A stretch of DNA of 34,416 bases from the IMG/VR virus record IMGVR_UViG_3300032227_000349, positions 1 to 34,416 of that record; one strand, 5' to 3'. Under the pieces are notes generated by a model. That model worked only from the letters and a program-made list of their open reading frames with translations. It had not been told where the DNA came from and searched no databases. The stretch's first letter is position 1. Each line of letters starts with the position of its first letter. Of this stretch, positions 25,982-34,415 are shown one piece after another. The position numbers and the translations under genes are program-made. This DNA is from a virus. Its lineage: Duplodnaviria; Caudoviricetes.

Positions 25982-26228
25982 CGAATTCTTTTTCGGTGAG
26001 GTCCAAGAACGCACCGCTTTCTTTATTTTGCCAAACAACTGCTCTCCAACCTACTGTGTATGAAAGGGTACGCGGTACGACCATGAGTTGTGCCTTAATA
26101 TCTGTAAGCAATGGATGAGTTGGCACCACCACTTCATCTTTAAACTTATGAGCAGGTACTTCACCTGAATTTTCTACTACCGTTAGTGTCCAAGGACTGT
26201 CTAACTTCTCCACAATTAACTCACCCAT
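25878..26228 (-). CDS. Hypothetical protein
   Basis: 116-aa ORF with AAGGAGA RBS after the helicase stop. Confidence 0.7.
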   Translation of the reverse strand: MGELIVEKLDSPWTLTVVENSGEVPAHKFKDEVVVPTHPLLTDIKAQLMVVPRTLSYTVGWRAVVWQNKESGAFLDLTEKEFDAYINGNIVTFTRGSEQGVKEDEGTNGDSGSDTL

Positions 26229-26237
26229 TTTATCTCC

Positions 26238-27035
26238 TTAAAATAATTTAGTTGCTTCGTAAGACACAACATCTAATATCTGCATACTTGCTGGCTCATA
26301 CGATAACCAGACTGGCGTGCCACCAGTTGCATCGGCGGGTCCGTAACGATTCTTTACTGCACACACACCCATTGTTGACTGCTGGTTATGTACTGTAAGG
26401 ATTAGTGATGGTGTCTGTGCGACCTTACCGTGAAGGGATTTCTGTGGTGGACATGGGTTACCAGGCACTGCTTCGCTGGTGTGGTGACACACAACTACTG
26501 CTGCTCCTGTTTCTCTAGCCCACCATTTAAGTTCCTTCATCAGGGTACGCAACCCACCCCACTCGTCTTGGGAATCCATGCTTACATCTACTGCGTTGTC
26601 TAACACAATCAACTGCACATCTGCACCTAAGCGTTCACGAGTAGCAAGAACTGCATCCTCAATATCCTTAAGGGTTGGTGATGAATCGAACTCCCAGTAG
26701 ATGTGGTCAGCAGGCTTGAGCATTTGTGCTGCCCAGTCTCTGTCAATCTCCATCATTGGTTCTACTTCTTGCTGTGCCTTACCAGTTAGTAAAGCAAGCA
26801 AGCGTAGACTCATCGTGTGTGAGTGTGTATCCGCAGAAATATAAAGAGTAGGTACCTTTGCACGGACTGCCAAGGACAGAGCAAGCGTTGACTTGCCTGC
26901 CCCTGGCGGTCCAGCAATCATACTTACCTCGCCGTAACGGACTGCTATTTGATTGGCAGCAAAGGATTGCCACACTGTTGGAAGTGTTGCACCCCCTCGT
27001 GATTCTGTCTTAATAGCACGGCTGAGTAGGCGCAT
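26238..27035 (-). CDS. DnaB-like replicative helicase (RecA-fold ATPase domain only)
   Basis: GPPGAGKS Walker A, LIVLDN Walker B, VKNRYGP arginine finger. Confidence 0.88.
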   Translation of the reverse strand: MRLLSRAIKTESRGGATLPTVWQSFAANQIAVRYGEVSMIAGPPGAGKSTLALSLAVRAKVPTLYISADTHSHTMSLRLLALLTGKAQQEVEPMMEIDRDWAAQMLKPADHIYWEFDSSPTLKDIEDAVLATRERLGADVQLIVLDNAVDVSMDSQDEWGGLRTLMKELKWWARETGAAVVVCHHTSEAVPGNPCPPQKSLHGKVAQTPSLILTVHNQQSTMGVCAVKNRYGPADATGGTPVWLSYEPASMQILDVVSYEATKLF

Positions 27036-27038
27036 GAG

Positions 27039-27473
27039 TTATGCAGGTACCTTGTTCTGGCATGCTGCACCTTGTGGCTTAGGACATGCATAGAACGCCT
27101 TGTATGGGCGACCTGTTGACTTAGCGATACCTGCTGGTACATGGCGCATTGCTCCGCCACCACATGTGCACTCAGGCACTGGTCGTGATGGTGTGTAACC
27201 TGCTGGTGCAGATACTGGTGCTGGTGCCTGTGTCCAGTTAGGTGCTTCAACAACTGTTGCACCTGGGAAGGCAGCAGCAATAACTTGTGCTGGTGCTTGT
27301 GGTGCAGCCATTGTTTCTACTGTCTGCTCAAGGTCAATTAACGCAGCAAGGCGCTGTGTTAATCCGTCAATGAGTGCATCAAGTTCAATAGCATCATTAG
27401 CACGAAGGTTAATCAACATGCCGTCACGCTTTGTCTTGAAGTTAATCTGAATTGCTGCTGATTCGATAGCCAT
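27039..27473 (-). CDS. Putative ssDNA-binding/recombination protein with C-terminal GRF-like Zn finger
   Basis: Ala/Pro linker then CTCGGG...STGRPYKAFYACPKPQGAAC; lies between exonuclease and helicase. Confidence 0.55.
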   Translation of the reverse strand: MAIESAAIQINFKTKRDGMLINLRANDAIELDALIDGLTQRLAALIDLEQTVETMAAPQAPAQVIAAAFPGATVVEAPNWTQAPAPVSAPAGYTPSRPVPECTCGGGAMRHVPAGIAKSTGRPYKAFYACPKPQGAACQNKVPA

Positions 27474-27474
27474 T

Positions 27475-28302
27475 TTATTCTCCTATGTTTACTTCGGGAT
27501 AGAGGTGTGAGTCTTTGCCACCCACTGCATAACATGATGAGTTTACTGAGCAAGTGCCACACATAAACCCAGGTGCTGGTATAAAGATGTTGTTAATAAC
27601 TGCTAATTCAAAGCCCTTAACCTGATTACCAAGTCGTGACTCAGTGTATCGGTCAAGGCTGACAGGTGTTGTTAGTTCCCCTGTGCGTGCCATGAAGTAA
27701 CTGCCAAGTTCGGGGCGAATACCAAAGGTTTTCTCCACGAGCACGGCATAGATACCAAGTTGTGCTTGAGACTTAGGCTCAGCACCTGTCTTAATATCTA
27801 CAATTACTAACTCTCCAGATGGTGCAACCATAACGCGGTCTAAGAACGCCTTGATGTTTACACCCTTAATCGTTTGATTCATTTCAGTTTCAATAGCGGG
27901 GATGCCAGCGGGAGTATCCCAAATCTTCCATCCGCTTTCTTCTCTGAACTGAATCCAGTAGTCAACCATCTTTGGACCGTTGGCTAACCACCAAGATGCA
28001 TCCTCTTTGTTTGGATACGCCTTGGTTGCACGACCACCAGCACGCCAAGGCATGCCGTTATCAACCATCTTGTAGTTGTGTTCCCAGCGCTCATTAAAAA
28101 TGGCTACTGAGTCAAACCCTTCTGGCTTAATGTCGTAGTATTCTGTACACTCGTGCACTGCCTTGCCTCCAGCCAACCAATAGGATGGCGCTTCGGCTAC
28201 ATGCTGTACACGAGAGAGGTAATACTGCCATCCGCACCCAAGCCATGTTGACATGGCGGAGTGAGAGACATAGTTCTTACCTGTTACGAGTTCAAGTGTC
28301 AT
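27475..28302 (-). CDS. Cas4/RecB-like PD-(D/E)XK exonuclease
   Basis: SHSAMSTWLGC, GKAVH, FLDRV, IVDIKTG, QLGIY, C-terminal CGTC...C (Fe-S ligands). Confidence 0.88.
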   Translation of the reverse strand: MTLELVTGKNYVSHSAMSTWLGCGWQYYLSRVQHVAEAPSYWLAGGKAVHECTEYYDIKPEGFDSVAIFNERWEHNYKMVDNGMPWRAGGRATKAYPNKEDASWWLANGPKMVDYWIQFREESGWKIWDTPAGIPAIETEMNQTIKGVNIKAFLDRVMVAPSGELVIVDIKTGAEPKSQAQLGIYAVLVEKTFGIRPELGSYFMARTGELTTPVSLDRYTESRLGNQVKGFELAVINNIFIPAPGFMCGTCSVNSSCYAVGGKDSHLYPEVNIGE

Positions 28303-28391
28303 TGTTTCTCCTTCAATAGAGGAGACTACTACACAATGACTGCTCTATTGTTCGACACGCCGAAAGATAATTACACAAATGTAATTCTTTT

Positions 28392-28640
28392 ATGTGTACA
28401 CTGCTGTTCGTGTTGAACAGATTAAGTAGAGGACTAGCGAGGTTCCTTAACCGAGCAGGTGTTACTGCTCCCATTGGCGCAGACTTGCGTAGCCTTGGTC
28501 CTATACATGCATGTATGTGTGGCTCACTGCTTTTTAAGGTGGGTTGCATGTTTGAAGATGGCGAAATAAGCATGTGGTTTGTTGATGCAGAGTGCGCTCT
28601 ATGTGGAGCCTTAGTGAAAGTGCCAACACCAGTTGATTAA
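28392..28640 (+). CDS. Small Cys-rich (Zn-binding) protein
   Basis: DLRSLGPIHACMCGS...ECALCGALVKVPTPVD. Confidence 0.6.
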   Translation: MCTLLFVLNRLSRGLARFLNRAGVTAPIGADLRSLGPIHACMCGSLLFKVGCMFEDGEISMWFVDAECALCGALVKVPTPVD

Positions 28641-28664
28641 AATAATTTATTTCTTAAGTTTTAT

Positions 28665-28680
28665 TGTGAGTAATATCACA
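28665..28680. promoter_or_regulatory. CRP/GlxR box
   Basis: TGTGAgtaataTCACA in an AT-rich intergenic stretch. Confidence 0.6.
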
Positions 28681-28765
28681 TCTTTTTTTTATGCTTACAA
28701 GTTAGGTATTAAGACAGAGCAACGAGCACGCCTGCGTAGGATTAACGCAGTAAAGAGATTACTTA

Positions 28766-28933
28766 ATGGCAAAATATGATTTCAAATGTAATGTATGTGG
28801 TGGCTTGCAAGAAATAGATAAGCCAATGGGTAGTGACTGGGTTCCAGTGTGTTGCGAACAGTCTATGTCTCAGGTTTATTCCCCTATACCAGTGAAGTTT
28901 AATGCCTCTGGCTTCTACAGTACGGGCGGATAA
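28766..28933 (+). CDS. FmdB-family zinc-ribbon protein (55 aa)
   Basis: MAKYDFKCNVCG...PVCCEQSMSQVYS.IPVKFNASGFYSTGG*. Confidence 0.8.
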   Translation: MAKYDFKCNVCGGLQEIDKPMGSDWVPVCCEQSMSQVYSPIPVKFNASGFYSTGG

Positions 28934-29270
28934 GCCTAAGCAGCATCGCCTGCTGCTCAAGAACCCAGACAAACGATGGGGTATCTGTGCAGTGTGTGGA
29001 CCCACAAGACTTAAGTTAAAGCAACGAGGTTACTTCTCTTGTCGAACCAAGTCCAATGTTAACCGTGTTAAGTTAGCCAAGTACAAGAAAGATTATTGCG
29101 AGGAGTGTGGCTTCGTAGCCGTACACCGTAGCCAGTTAGACATTGACCATATAGATGGTAACCATAGTAACAATTCGTTATCAAACTTACAGACCCTATG
29201 TGCTAACTGCCACCGTCTTAAGACACAAAAGAATAAAGATTGGGAAAACAAAAAAGCCCCCCGCAATTAA
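28902..29270 (+). CDS. HNH endonuclease (start uncertain)
   Basis: CEECGF...LDIDHIDGNHSNNSLSNLQTLCANCHRLKT. Confidence 0.85.
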   Translation: MPLASTVRADKPKQHRLLLKNPDKRWGICAVCGPTRLKLKQRGYFSCRTKSNVNRVKLAKYKKDYCEECGFVAVHRSQLDIDHIDGNHSNNSLSNLQTLCANCHRLKTQKNKDWENKKAPRN

Positions 29271-29280
29271 GCGAGGGGCT
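29250..29280 (-). terminator. Intrinsic terminator of the lysis operon
   Basis: Minus strand AGCCCCTCGC-TTAATT-GCGGGGGGCT-TTTTT at the convergent junction. Confidence 0.8.
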
Positions 29281-29293
29281 AATCTGTTTACTG

Positions 29294-29485
29294 TTACTTC
29301 TTAAGACCGAACTCTGGTGCTGACTTGTCTAGCGCCTTGAGGATTGGACCTACTAGACCAGCGATAAACGCTGTCGCTAGTACCTTAGGGTCGTGCTGTC
29401 CTGCTGTGTAAAGCGCAACTGCTGATGCTGCTGCTGCTCGTACATAAGACAATCCGATTTGCTTTAACTTTTCTTTATCAAACAT
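29294..29485 (-). CDS. Holin-like membrane protein
   Basis: Two hydrophobic helices, 63 aa, next to the endolysin. Confidence 0.65.
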   Translation of the reverse strand: MFDKEKLKQIGLSYVRAAAASAVALYTAGQHDPKVLATAFIAGLVGPILKALDKSAPEFGLKK

Positions 29486-29494
29486 TGTTACTCC

Positions 29495-30004
29495 TTATGA
29501 TTTGAATACAGGCTTACCAAATCCTACAACAGTCACGGCTTGTGACTTGCGGAACTTGCTGCCGTTCTTCTTCTTAAATGCACGAACCTTCTCGCACACC
29601 TGTCCACCATTGCGCTGGTCACCCTTTTTATCAGGAGCAGTGTTGCCCTCGATACAGGTGACAGTGCCATCGCCATTGTCTTTAACAACAATGCCTACAT
29701 GTGAGATGCGGTCAACGCCATCATTGGGGAAGTCAAAGAAAACGATGTCGCCAGGTAGAGGGATTGCTTCCTCTGCCTTCTCCCATGCACCCTTCTTCAT
29801 AAACGCAGTAGCACCAGCCACTGTGGATACGCAGTTAGGAATCTTTAATCCAACTTCATTGGCACACCAGTTCACAAATGAACCGCACCATGGTAGGAAG
29901 TTAGCCTTAGTAAAAGCGCCGTACTTTGTTTCATTATCCTTAGGACCCTCGATAACACCGAGTTCGCCCTTGGCTACTGCAATAAAATCTAAACGCTGAC
30001 CCAT
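29495..30004 (-). CDS. CHAP-domain endolysin
   Basis: PWCGSFVNWC, PGDIVFFDF, SHVGIV, IEGNT. Confidence 0.92.
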   Translation of the reverse strand: MGQRLDFIAVAKGELGVIEGPKDNETKYGAFTKANFLPWCGSFVNWCANEVGLKIPNCVSTVAGATAFMKKGAWEKAEEAIPLPGDIVFFDFPNDGVDRISHVGIVVKDNGDGTVTCIEGNTAPDKKGDQRNGGQVCEKVRAFKKKNGSKFRKSQAVTVVGFGKPVFKS

Positions 30005-30005
30005 A

Positions 30006-30248
30006 TTATTCCACTTTCTTCTTATCTACCTTGGCAAATGCTGCATTGATTTCATCTGCATCTAACTTGCCATCGGCAAGGAAGAAGCGAGCAAGGGCTT
30101 CAATCACTGTTGCTGCACCAAGTGCACCAGCAAGGACTGCTGCTTGCCATACTTCGATACCAACCAATGAGCCAGCACCAATTACTCCAAGAGATTCCGC
30201 TGCAATGACTGCAACAATTCTCATCATTACATTTTTAAATGTATCCAT
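30006..30248 (-). CDS. Holin-like membrane protein
   Basis: Two TM helices and charged C-terminus DGKLDADEINAAF. Confidence 0.65.
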   Translation of the reverse strand: MDTFKNVMMRIVAVIAAESLGVIGAGSLVGIEVWQAAVLAGALGAATVIEALARFFLADGKLDADEINAAFAKVDKKKVE

Positions 30249-30418
30249 TATTCATCCTTCGGGTTGCGTAGTGGATAGGTGACAGCCCAAGCAATGAGTG
30301 TGCCTGCGATGGCATAACCAACTACTGTTTTGGCTGAACCATCAAGGACTACCCAGGCAATGAACATGCCTAGTAAAGTCCATAGTTGGTCAACCATATC
30401 TTTCATTATTTTCTTCAT
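30248..30418 (-). CDS. Small two-TM membrane protein (56 aa)
   Basis: MKKIMKDMVDQLWTLLGMFIAWVVLDGSAKTVVGYAIAGTLIAWAVTYPLRNPKDE*; overlaps both neighbours; AGGAGA RBS. Confidence 0.75.
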   Translation of the reverse strand: MKKIMKDMVDQLWTLLGMFIAWVVLDGSAKTVVGYAIAGTLIAWAVTYPLRNPKDE

Positions 30419-31821
30419 GGTTTTCTCCTATAGGCTGCTGCTCCTGCCATGCCTGCTGCATTAACTGCAGCCTGCCCAGCAATAACTGATGCGACAATAA
30501 TCTTTTCTGACTCTGTTCTTTCTTCATCTGACATGTCAGCACCGATGCTTGCGATAGCAAGTAGTGCTTGTCCTGGGTCAGTAAAGATTGCTTCAACTAA
30601 CGCTGCTGGATTTTCTAATACAACAAGCGCTGCTGCTACCTCTGCTGTGATAACAACTTCGTTACCGTTCTCATCTTGACGAACTTCAACAGGGGTTTGT
30701 GGTGGTAAATCTTCATAGGTTAAGCCAGCATCTTGGATAGCCTGTGCTGAGACTGGCTCGCCATGTGCTGCTTCAATGATTGCTTCCGCTACCACTGCTC
30801 GTTCCTCTGGTGTAGAATCTTCTGTAACCACAACAGGTGGTTCAGGTTCTATAGCAGGGGGTTCGGGTGCAGGTTCAGGAGCAGGTTCGGGAACTACAGG
30901 AGCAGGAACTTCCTCTACAGGAGGAGCAGGTTCTTCAACAGGAGGCTCTGGCTCTGGAGCAGGAGGCTCTGGAACTATCTCAGGAGCAGGCTCAGGCTCT
31001 ACTGGTACAGGCTCAGGCTCAGGTGCTGGCGCTGGAGGCTCGGCAGGCGGCTCTGGCTGGACTTCTGGAGCAGGTTCGGGTTGAGGTACGGGAACTGGCT
31101 CAGGCTGTGGGGTTACCACGGGTGTCGGCATGGGTTCTGGCTGCGAGGCGGGAGGCTCAGGAATTGGCTGAGGCTGAGGTACTATCACTGGGTCAGGTTG
31201 CACCACAGGAGTAGGTTCAGGAATAGGAGTTGGTGATGGAGATGGGTTTGATTCTGGGATTGGTTCTGGGGATGGTGATGGGGATGCTGTACTCGTGGTG
31301 GTTTCTAAAGGAGTAGGTGATGGTTCAGGCAACGGAGCAGTATTGGTTGGCTCAGGTGAAGGACTTGGAGCAACAGTTGGCTCAGGCGAAGGCGAAGGAG
31401 TTGGCGTTACAGAAGGCGTTGGACTCGGCTCAACTGTCGGAGCAGGACTTGCAGTTGCAGTTGCGCCGTCTGACGGCGAAGGAGAAGGCACAGGAGTCGG
31501 CTCTACAGTGGGACTTGGAGTAGGAGTAGGCTCAGGCGCTATGCCGTTGTAATACCATGTGCTCTCAGGAGCAGTGGTGCTAATAAAAGTTTTCCATTGT
31601 CCTTGTGTGCCAATAGAACAAAACAAGGCAGCAATGTTTCCTTTGCCTTGAAAAAATGGTTCGGTTGTACTCCAACCAACATTAAATACTCTGGATTCGC
31701 CAGCCTCATTACCGCAAGTAACAGTTATTTGACCTGTGTTTTCTGCTTGGGCTGATGGTGTAAAGAAAAAAGAAGTTCCTAGTGTAAGGAACGATACTGC
31801 AAGTAAACGGGGAAGTTTCAC
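30415..31821 (-). CDS. Exported Pro/Glu/Thr-rich protein with signal peptide and C-terminal hydrophobic anchor
   Basis: Signal peptide ending AQA, small Cys-containing domain, about 240 aa of PS/PT/PE repeats, acidic domain, hydrophobic tail then RRKP. Confidence 0.8.
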   Translation of the reverse strand: MKLPRLLAVSFLTLGTSFFFTPSAQAENTGQITVTCGNEAGESRVFNVGWSTTEPFFQGKGNIAALFCSIGTQGQWKTFISTTAPESTWYYNGIAPEPTPTPSPTVEPTPVPSPSPSDGATATASPAPTVEPSPTPSVTPTPSPSPEPTVAPSPSPEPTNTAPLPEPSPTPLETTTSTASPSPSPEPIPESNPSPSPTPIPEPTPVVQPDPVIVPQPQPIPEPPASQPEPMPTPVVTPQPEPVPVPQPEPAPEVQPEPPAEPPAPAPEPEPVPVEPEPAPEIVPEPPAPEPEPPVEEPAPPVEEVPAPVVPEPAPEPAPEPPAIEPEPPVVVTEDSTPEERAVVAEAIIEAAHGEPVSAQAIQDAGLTYEDLPPQTPVEVRQDENGNEVVITAEVAAALVVLENPAALVEAIFTDPGQALLAIASIGADMSDEERTESEKIIVASVIAGQAAVNAAGMAGAAAYRRKP

Positions 31822-31833
31822 TTGTATCCTTAA

Positions 31834-32034
31834 TTATTGTTGGCGGTCACATAAGATTTCGTAGATGCGGTCAACTCTTGCCTCTAGTCTGTCAACAGAA
31901 TCACGGAGGCTTGAGCCACTGTTCGGTCTTAATTCAGAAAGATAATGCTTGACTAGCCATCGGATTGAGACTGCAAGGCTGCCTACTAAAGTTGTAATGG
32001 CTACTGCAAATGCAGCCCAATCGCTAGGTGTCAT
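31834..32034 (-). CDS. Small membrane protein (TM plus coiled coil), lysis-associated
   Basis: TM helix then ELRPNSGSSLRDSVDRLE. Confidence 0.7.
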   Translation of the reverse strand: MTPSDWAAFAVAITTLVGSLAVSIRWLVKHYLSELRPNSGSSLRDSVDRLEARVDRIYEILCDRQQ

Positions 32035-32036
32035 GG

Positions 32037-34067
32037 TTATACAACCGTTCTGGCTATGAGCGTGATGATTCCGCCAAAGCCTGTGTAGTTACGAGCAGCA
32101 GGAGTGGAACGAGTAAAGGTAACCTGGTCAATGATGACTTCGGTTGGCTCTCCACCCTGATTAAAGTCTTGAAGAATAACTGTTTGCCCGTTGGCTTCAA
32201 TAGTTTCTAGTGCGTTCAAGCGTTCTCTTGAGTAACCCTCATAGCCAATCATGTTGCCTGTCTTGTCTGTTTCTCTGTCATAGCAGAACAGAGGAATCTG
32301 TAACACACGAGCACGAGTAGGTGTTGGCAAAGCCTTAACAGCGATACCCACTACTACTGGACCAGTGGTTGCGCTAGTAGAGTTACGGGTAAGGGTAAGT
32401 TTAAACGATGCATCTGGTCCTGCTACTGTGTATGCATCACCTAAATCAATATCAGCCGTAGTGGTATTACCTTCATAAAGAGTAGCAATAACAGTGTCTG
32501 ATGTTGGACCAATTTTATAGATTTCAATATCGCCACCTGCTATGTCATCAGATGTACGAACACGAATACGCTTCCATGCTTTGTTCTCCATGGTGTCGTA
32601 ACGAATACGAGCAGTACGGATTTGTCCAGATTCAACCAACTCGGTTGCATGTTGTAGCCAAATACCTGAACCGTTAATTGCAAAGGCAACTTGGTTAGCA
32701 TTACCTAAGATACGAACACCATTTACTTGCCCAAAAATACCATCTGCATAAGCATCTGTTGCGCGGGCATATACGCCACTGGAGATAGGTTGAGCATAGC
32801 CAATAAGGGTCAATGGCTGACCGAGGTTGATGCGTGTAGTGCCTGAGTTAGTATTTACTTGGTTAGTATTGCCAGCCCAGATGTAAGAGTCACGCCCTTC
32901 AAAGTCATAGACACCGTTCTCATTGTGGAATACCAATGGTCCGTATGTCATGTCACCGTTTTGCTCTAGCGTTGCAATGCGAGCGCCCTTGTTTGTGCCA
33001 ACCATAAGGAAGGTACCAAGGTATGAGTAAAGAGATAAAACAATTTCGCCTCGTGGCATAGTGGCAGCGGTAACAATAGTACCTAGCGCACCAGTGCTAT
33101 CTACTGCTAGTTTAAAGATAGCCGAGTGGTCACCAGCATAACCACCAATGTAGATAGCGTTGGTTCCTTCCGTAATGCCTGCCCATTGCCACAATGCAGG
33201 CATTAAAGTTGAACCGTTAATAAGGTCGCCTTGAGAAGCGGTCATCGCTGGTTTAATTTGGACAACAGGTGCACCACCATGGTCTTTAAATGTAAGTTCA
33301 TAGGCTGAGTAGGTTCCATCAGTAAATCCAAACGCAGCAATAATACGATTTTTAACATATTTAAGAACTACATTTGATGCCGTTAAACCATCATAACCAT
33401 AATGTTTATGGGTGGTTCCATCAGATAGTTGAACATCGTAAATGCCAGCAGTTGTGGCAACATACATATATGTGCCATCAGATGTGGTAGCAAGAATAGT
33501 TTCATTAGTAAATGATGAGAAGTTAACCAAAGGTGTAGATGTGCCTGAACTTGTAATCTTATACATTGCTGTAGTTTGTGAAGTGCGTGGTGCTAAGTCT
33601 GTAGCAACAAGGAAAGCAACACCCGCTGTACTAGCACCTGTATCTATCTTGCATGCTCCAGTAAAAGCCTGAACAAGTGTAGTCTTTTTAAGCAGGCTTA
33701 CCTCACCTGGAGTCCATACATCTATACCAAAAGAATCACGGTAGCGGAAGCGAACTTCGTTCTCATTACCTTCCATTGGCTCAGCAAATAGAACACCCTC
33801 GCCATAATGCCATGATGATTGTGCGCGAGTCCAGTAGCCTGAGCCACCAAGGGTGTGCTCGCCTGGGTCACGCATCTGGTCTACACGCTGAACACGAAAC
33901 TCTGCAGTCTGTCGGCGGTAAGGGGTACTGTCTGTTACTGCCATAATAAATGGCAAGCCACCGATAGCCATGTCAAAGGCGTTAGCGTTTAGTTCGTAGT
34001 ATGTAGAAAGGCGACCAGATAAATCAATTATCGTGCGCTCGGATATATCGGGTGAACGACTAGCCAC
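32037..34067 (-). CDS. Tail structural protein (nozzle/tubular B-like, beta-rich)
   Basis: 676 aa, beta-propeller-like pattern, upstream of the lysis cassette; GTG start with AAGGAGA RBS. Confidence 0.6.
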   Translation of the reverse strand: MASRSPDISERTIIDLSGRLSTYYELNANAFDMAIGGLPFIMAVTDSTPYRRQTAEFRVQRVDQMRDPGEHTLGGSGYWTRAQSSWHYGEGVLFAEPMEGNENEVRFRYRDSFGIDVWTPGEVSLLKKTTLVQAFTGACKIDTGASTAGVAFLVATDLAPRTSQTTAMYKITSSGTSTPLVNFSSFTNETILATTSDGTYMYVATTAGIYDVQLSDGTTHKHYGYDGLTASNVVLKYVKNRIIAAFGFTDGTYSAYELTFKDHGGAPVVQIKPAMTASQGDLINGSTLMPALWQWAGITEGTNAIYIGGYAGDHSAIFKLAVDSTGALGTIVTAATMPRGEIVLSLYSYLGTFLMVGTNKGARIATLEQNGDMTYGPLVFHNENGVYDFEGRDSYIWAGNTNQVNTNSGTTRINLGQPLTLIGYAQPISSGVYARATDAYADGIFGQVNGVRILGNANQVAFAINGSGIWLQHATELVESGQIRTARIRYDTMENKAWKRIRVRTSDDIAGGDIEIYKIGPTSDTVIATLYEGNTTTADIDLGDAYTVAGPDASFKLTLTRNSTSATTGPVVVGIAVKALPTPTRARVLQIPLFCYDRETDKTGNMIGYEGYSRERLNALETIEANGQTVILQDFNQGGEPTEVIIDQVTFTRSTPAARNYTGFGGIITLIARTVV

Positions 34068-34127
34068 TGTATCTCCTTAGGTTAAAAATAATAGTGAGCC
34101 GTTTAAACACATGCTCAGGTGTACAGA

Positions 34128-34415
34128 TTATTCTGTTGGTAATTCAATCCATTGCTGACTTGGCTCTGACCAGTAGTATGGCTTGCCGTCAGTTGGATAT
34201 GGTGTTGGTGGTTCGTAAATATATTTAGTTGTGTTTAGTGTCCAAGATGGAAAGTTATGTGGCGGAATAAATGCCCCATCTGTTCCAACATTTGGTTCAA
34301 ACTTGTATCCAATACCAGCAAAATTATATCTAAATGGTGTTCCGCCGTTTAGATGTTCATTAGCATAGGTATTGTAAGAAGTTCTTTTTCCACCGTAGTA
34401 TTGTTCCCAGTCAAT
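34128..34415 (-). CDS. Tail-associated protein, C-terminal part only
   Basis: ...KRTSYNT...PFRYNFAGIGYKF...AFIPPHNFPSWTLN...EPPTPYPTDGKPYYWSEPSQQWI*, a pattern usually found beside tail-fibre genes. Confidence 0.7.
   Translation of the reverse strand: MDWEQYYGGKRTSYNTYANEHLNGGTPFRYNFAGIGYKFEPNVGTDGAFIPPHNFPSWTLNTTKYIYEPPTPYPTDGKPYYWSEPSQQWIELPTE

Noticed and set aside
28340-28362. LexA SOS box or WhiA GACAC site upstream of the replication operon
   Set aside because: Only one SOS half-site (GTTCGA); GACAC is too short and its spacing to a -10 is not consistent with the similar site near 15920
30763-31552. Gly/Ser-rich and Gln/Glu-rich plus-strand ORFs
   Set aside because: Reverse-frame artefacts of the Pro-rich repeat gene
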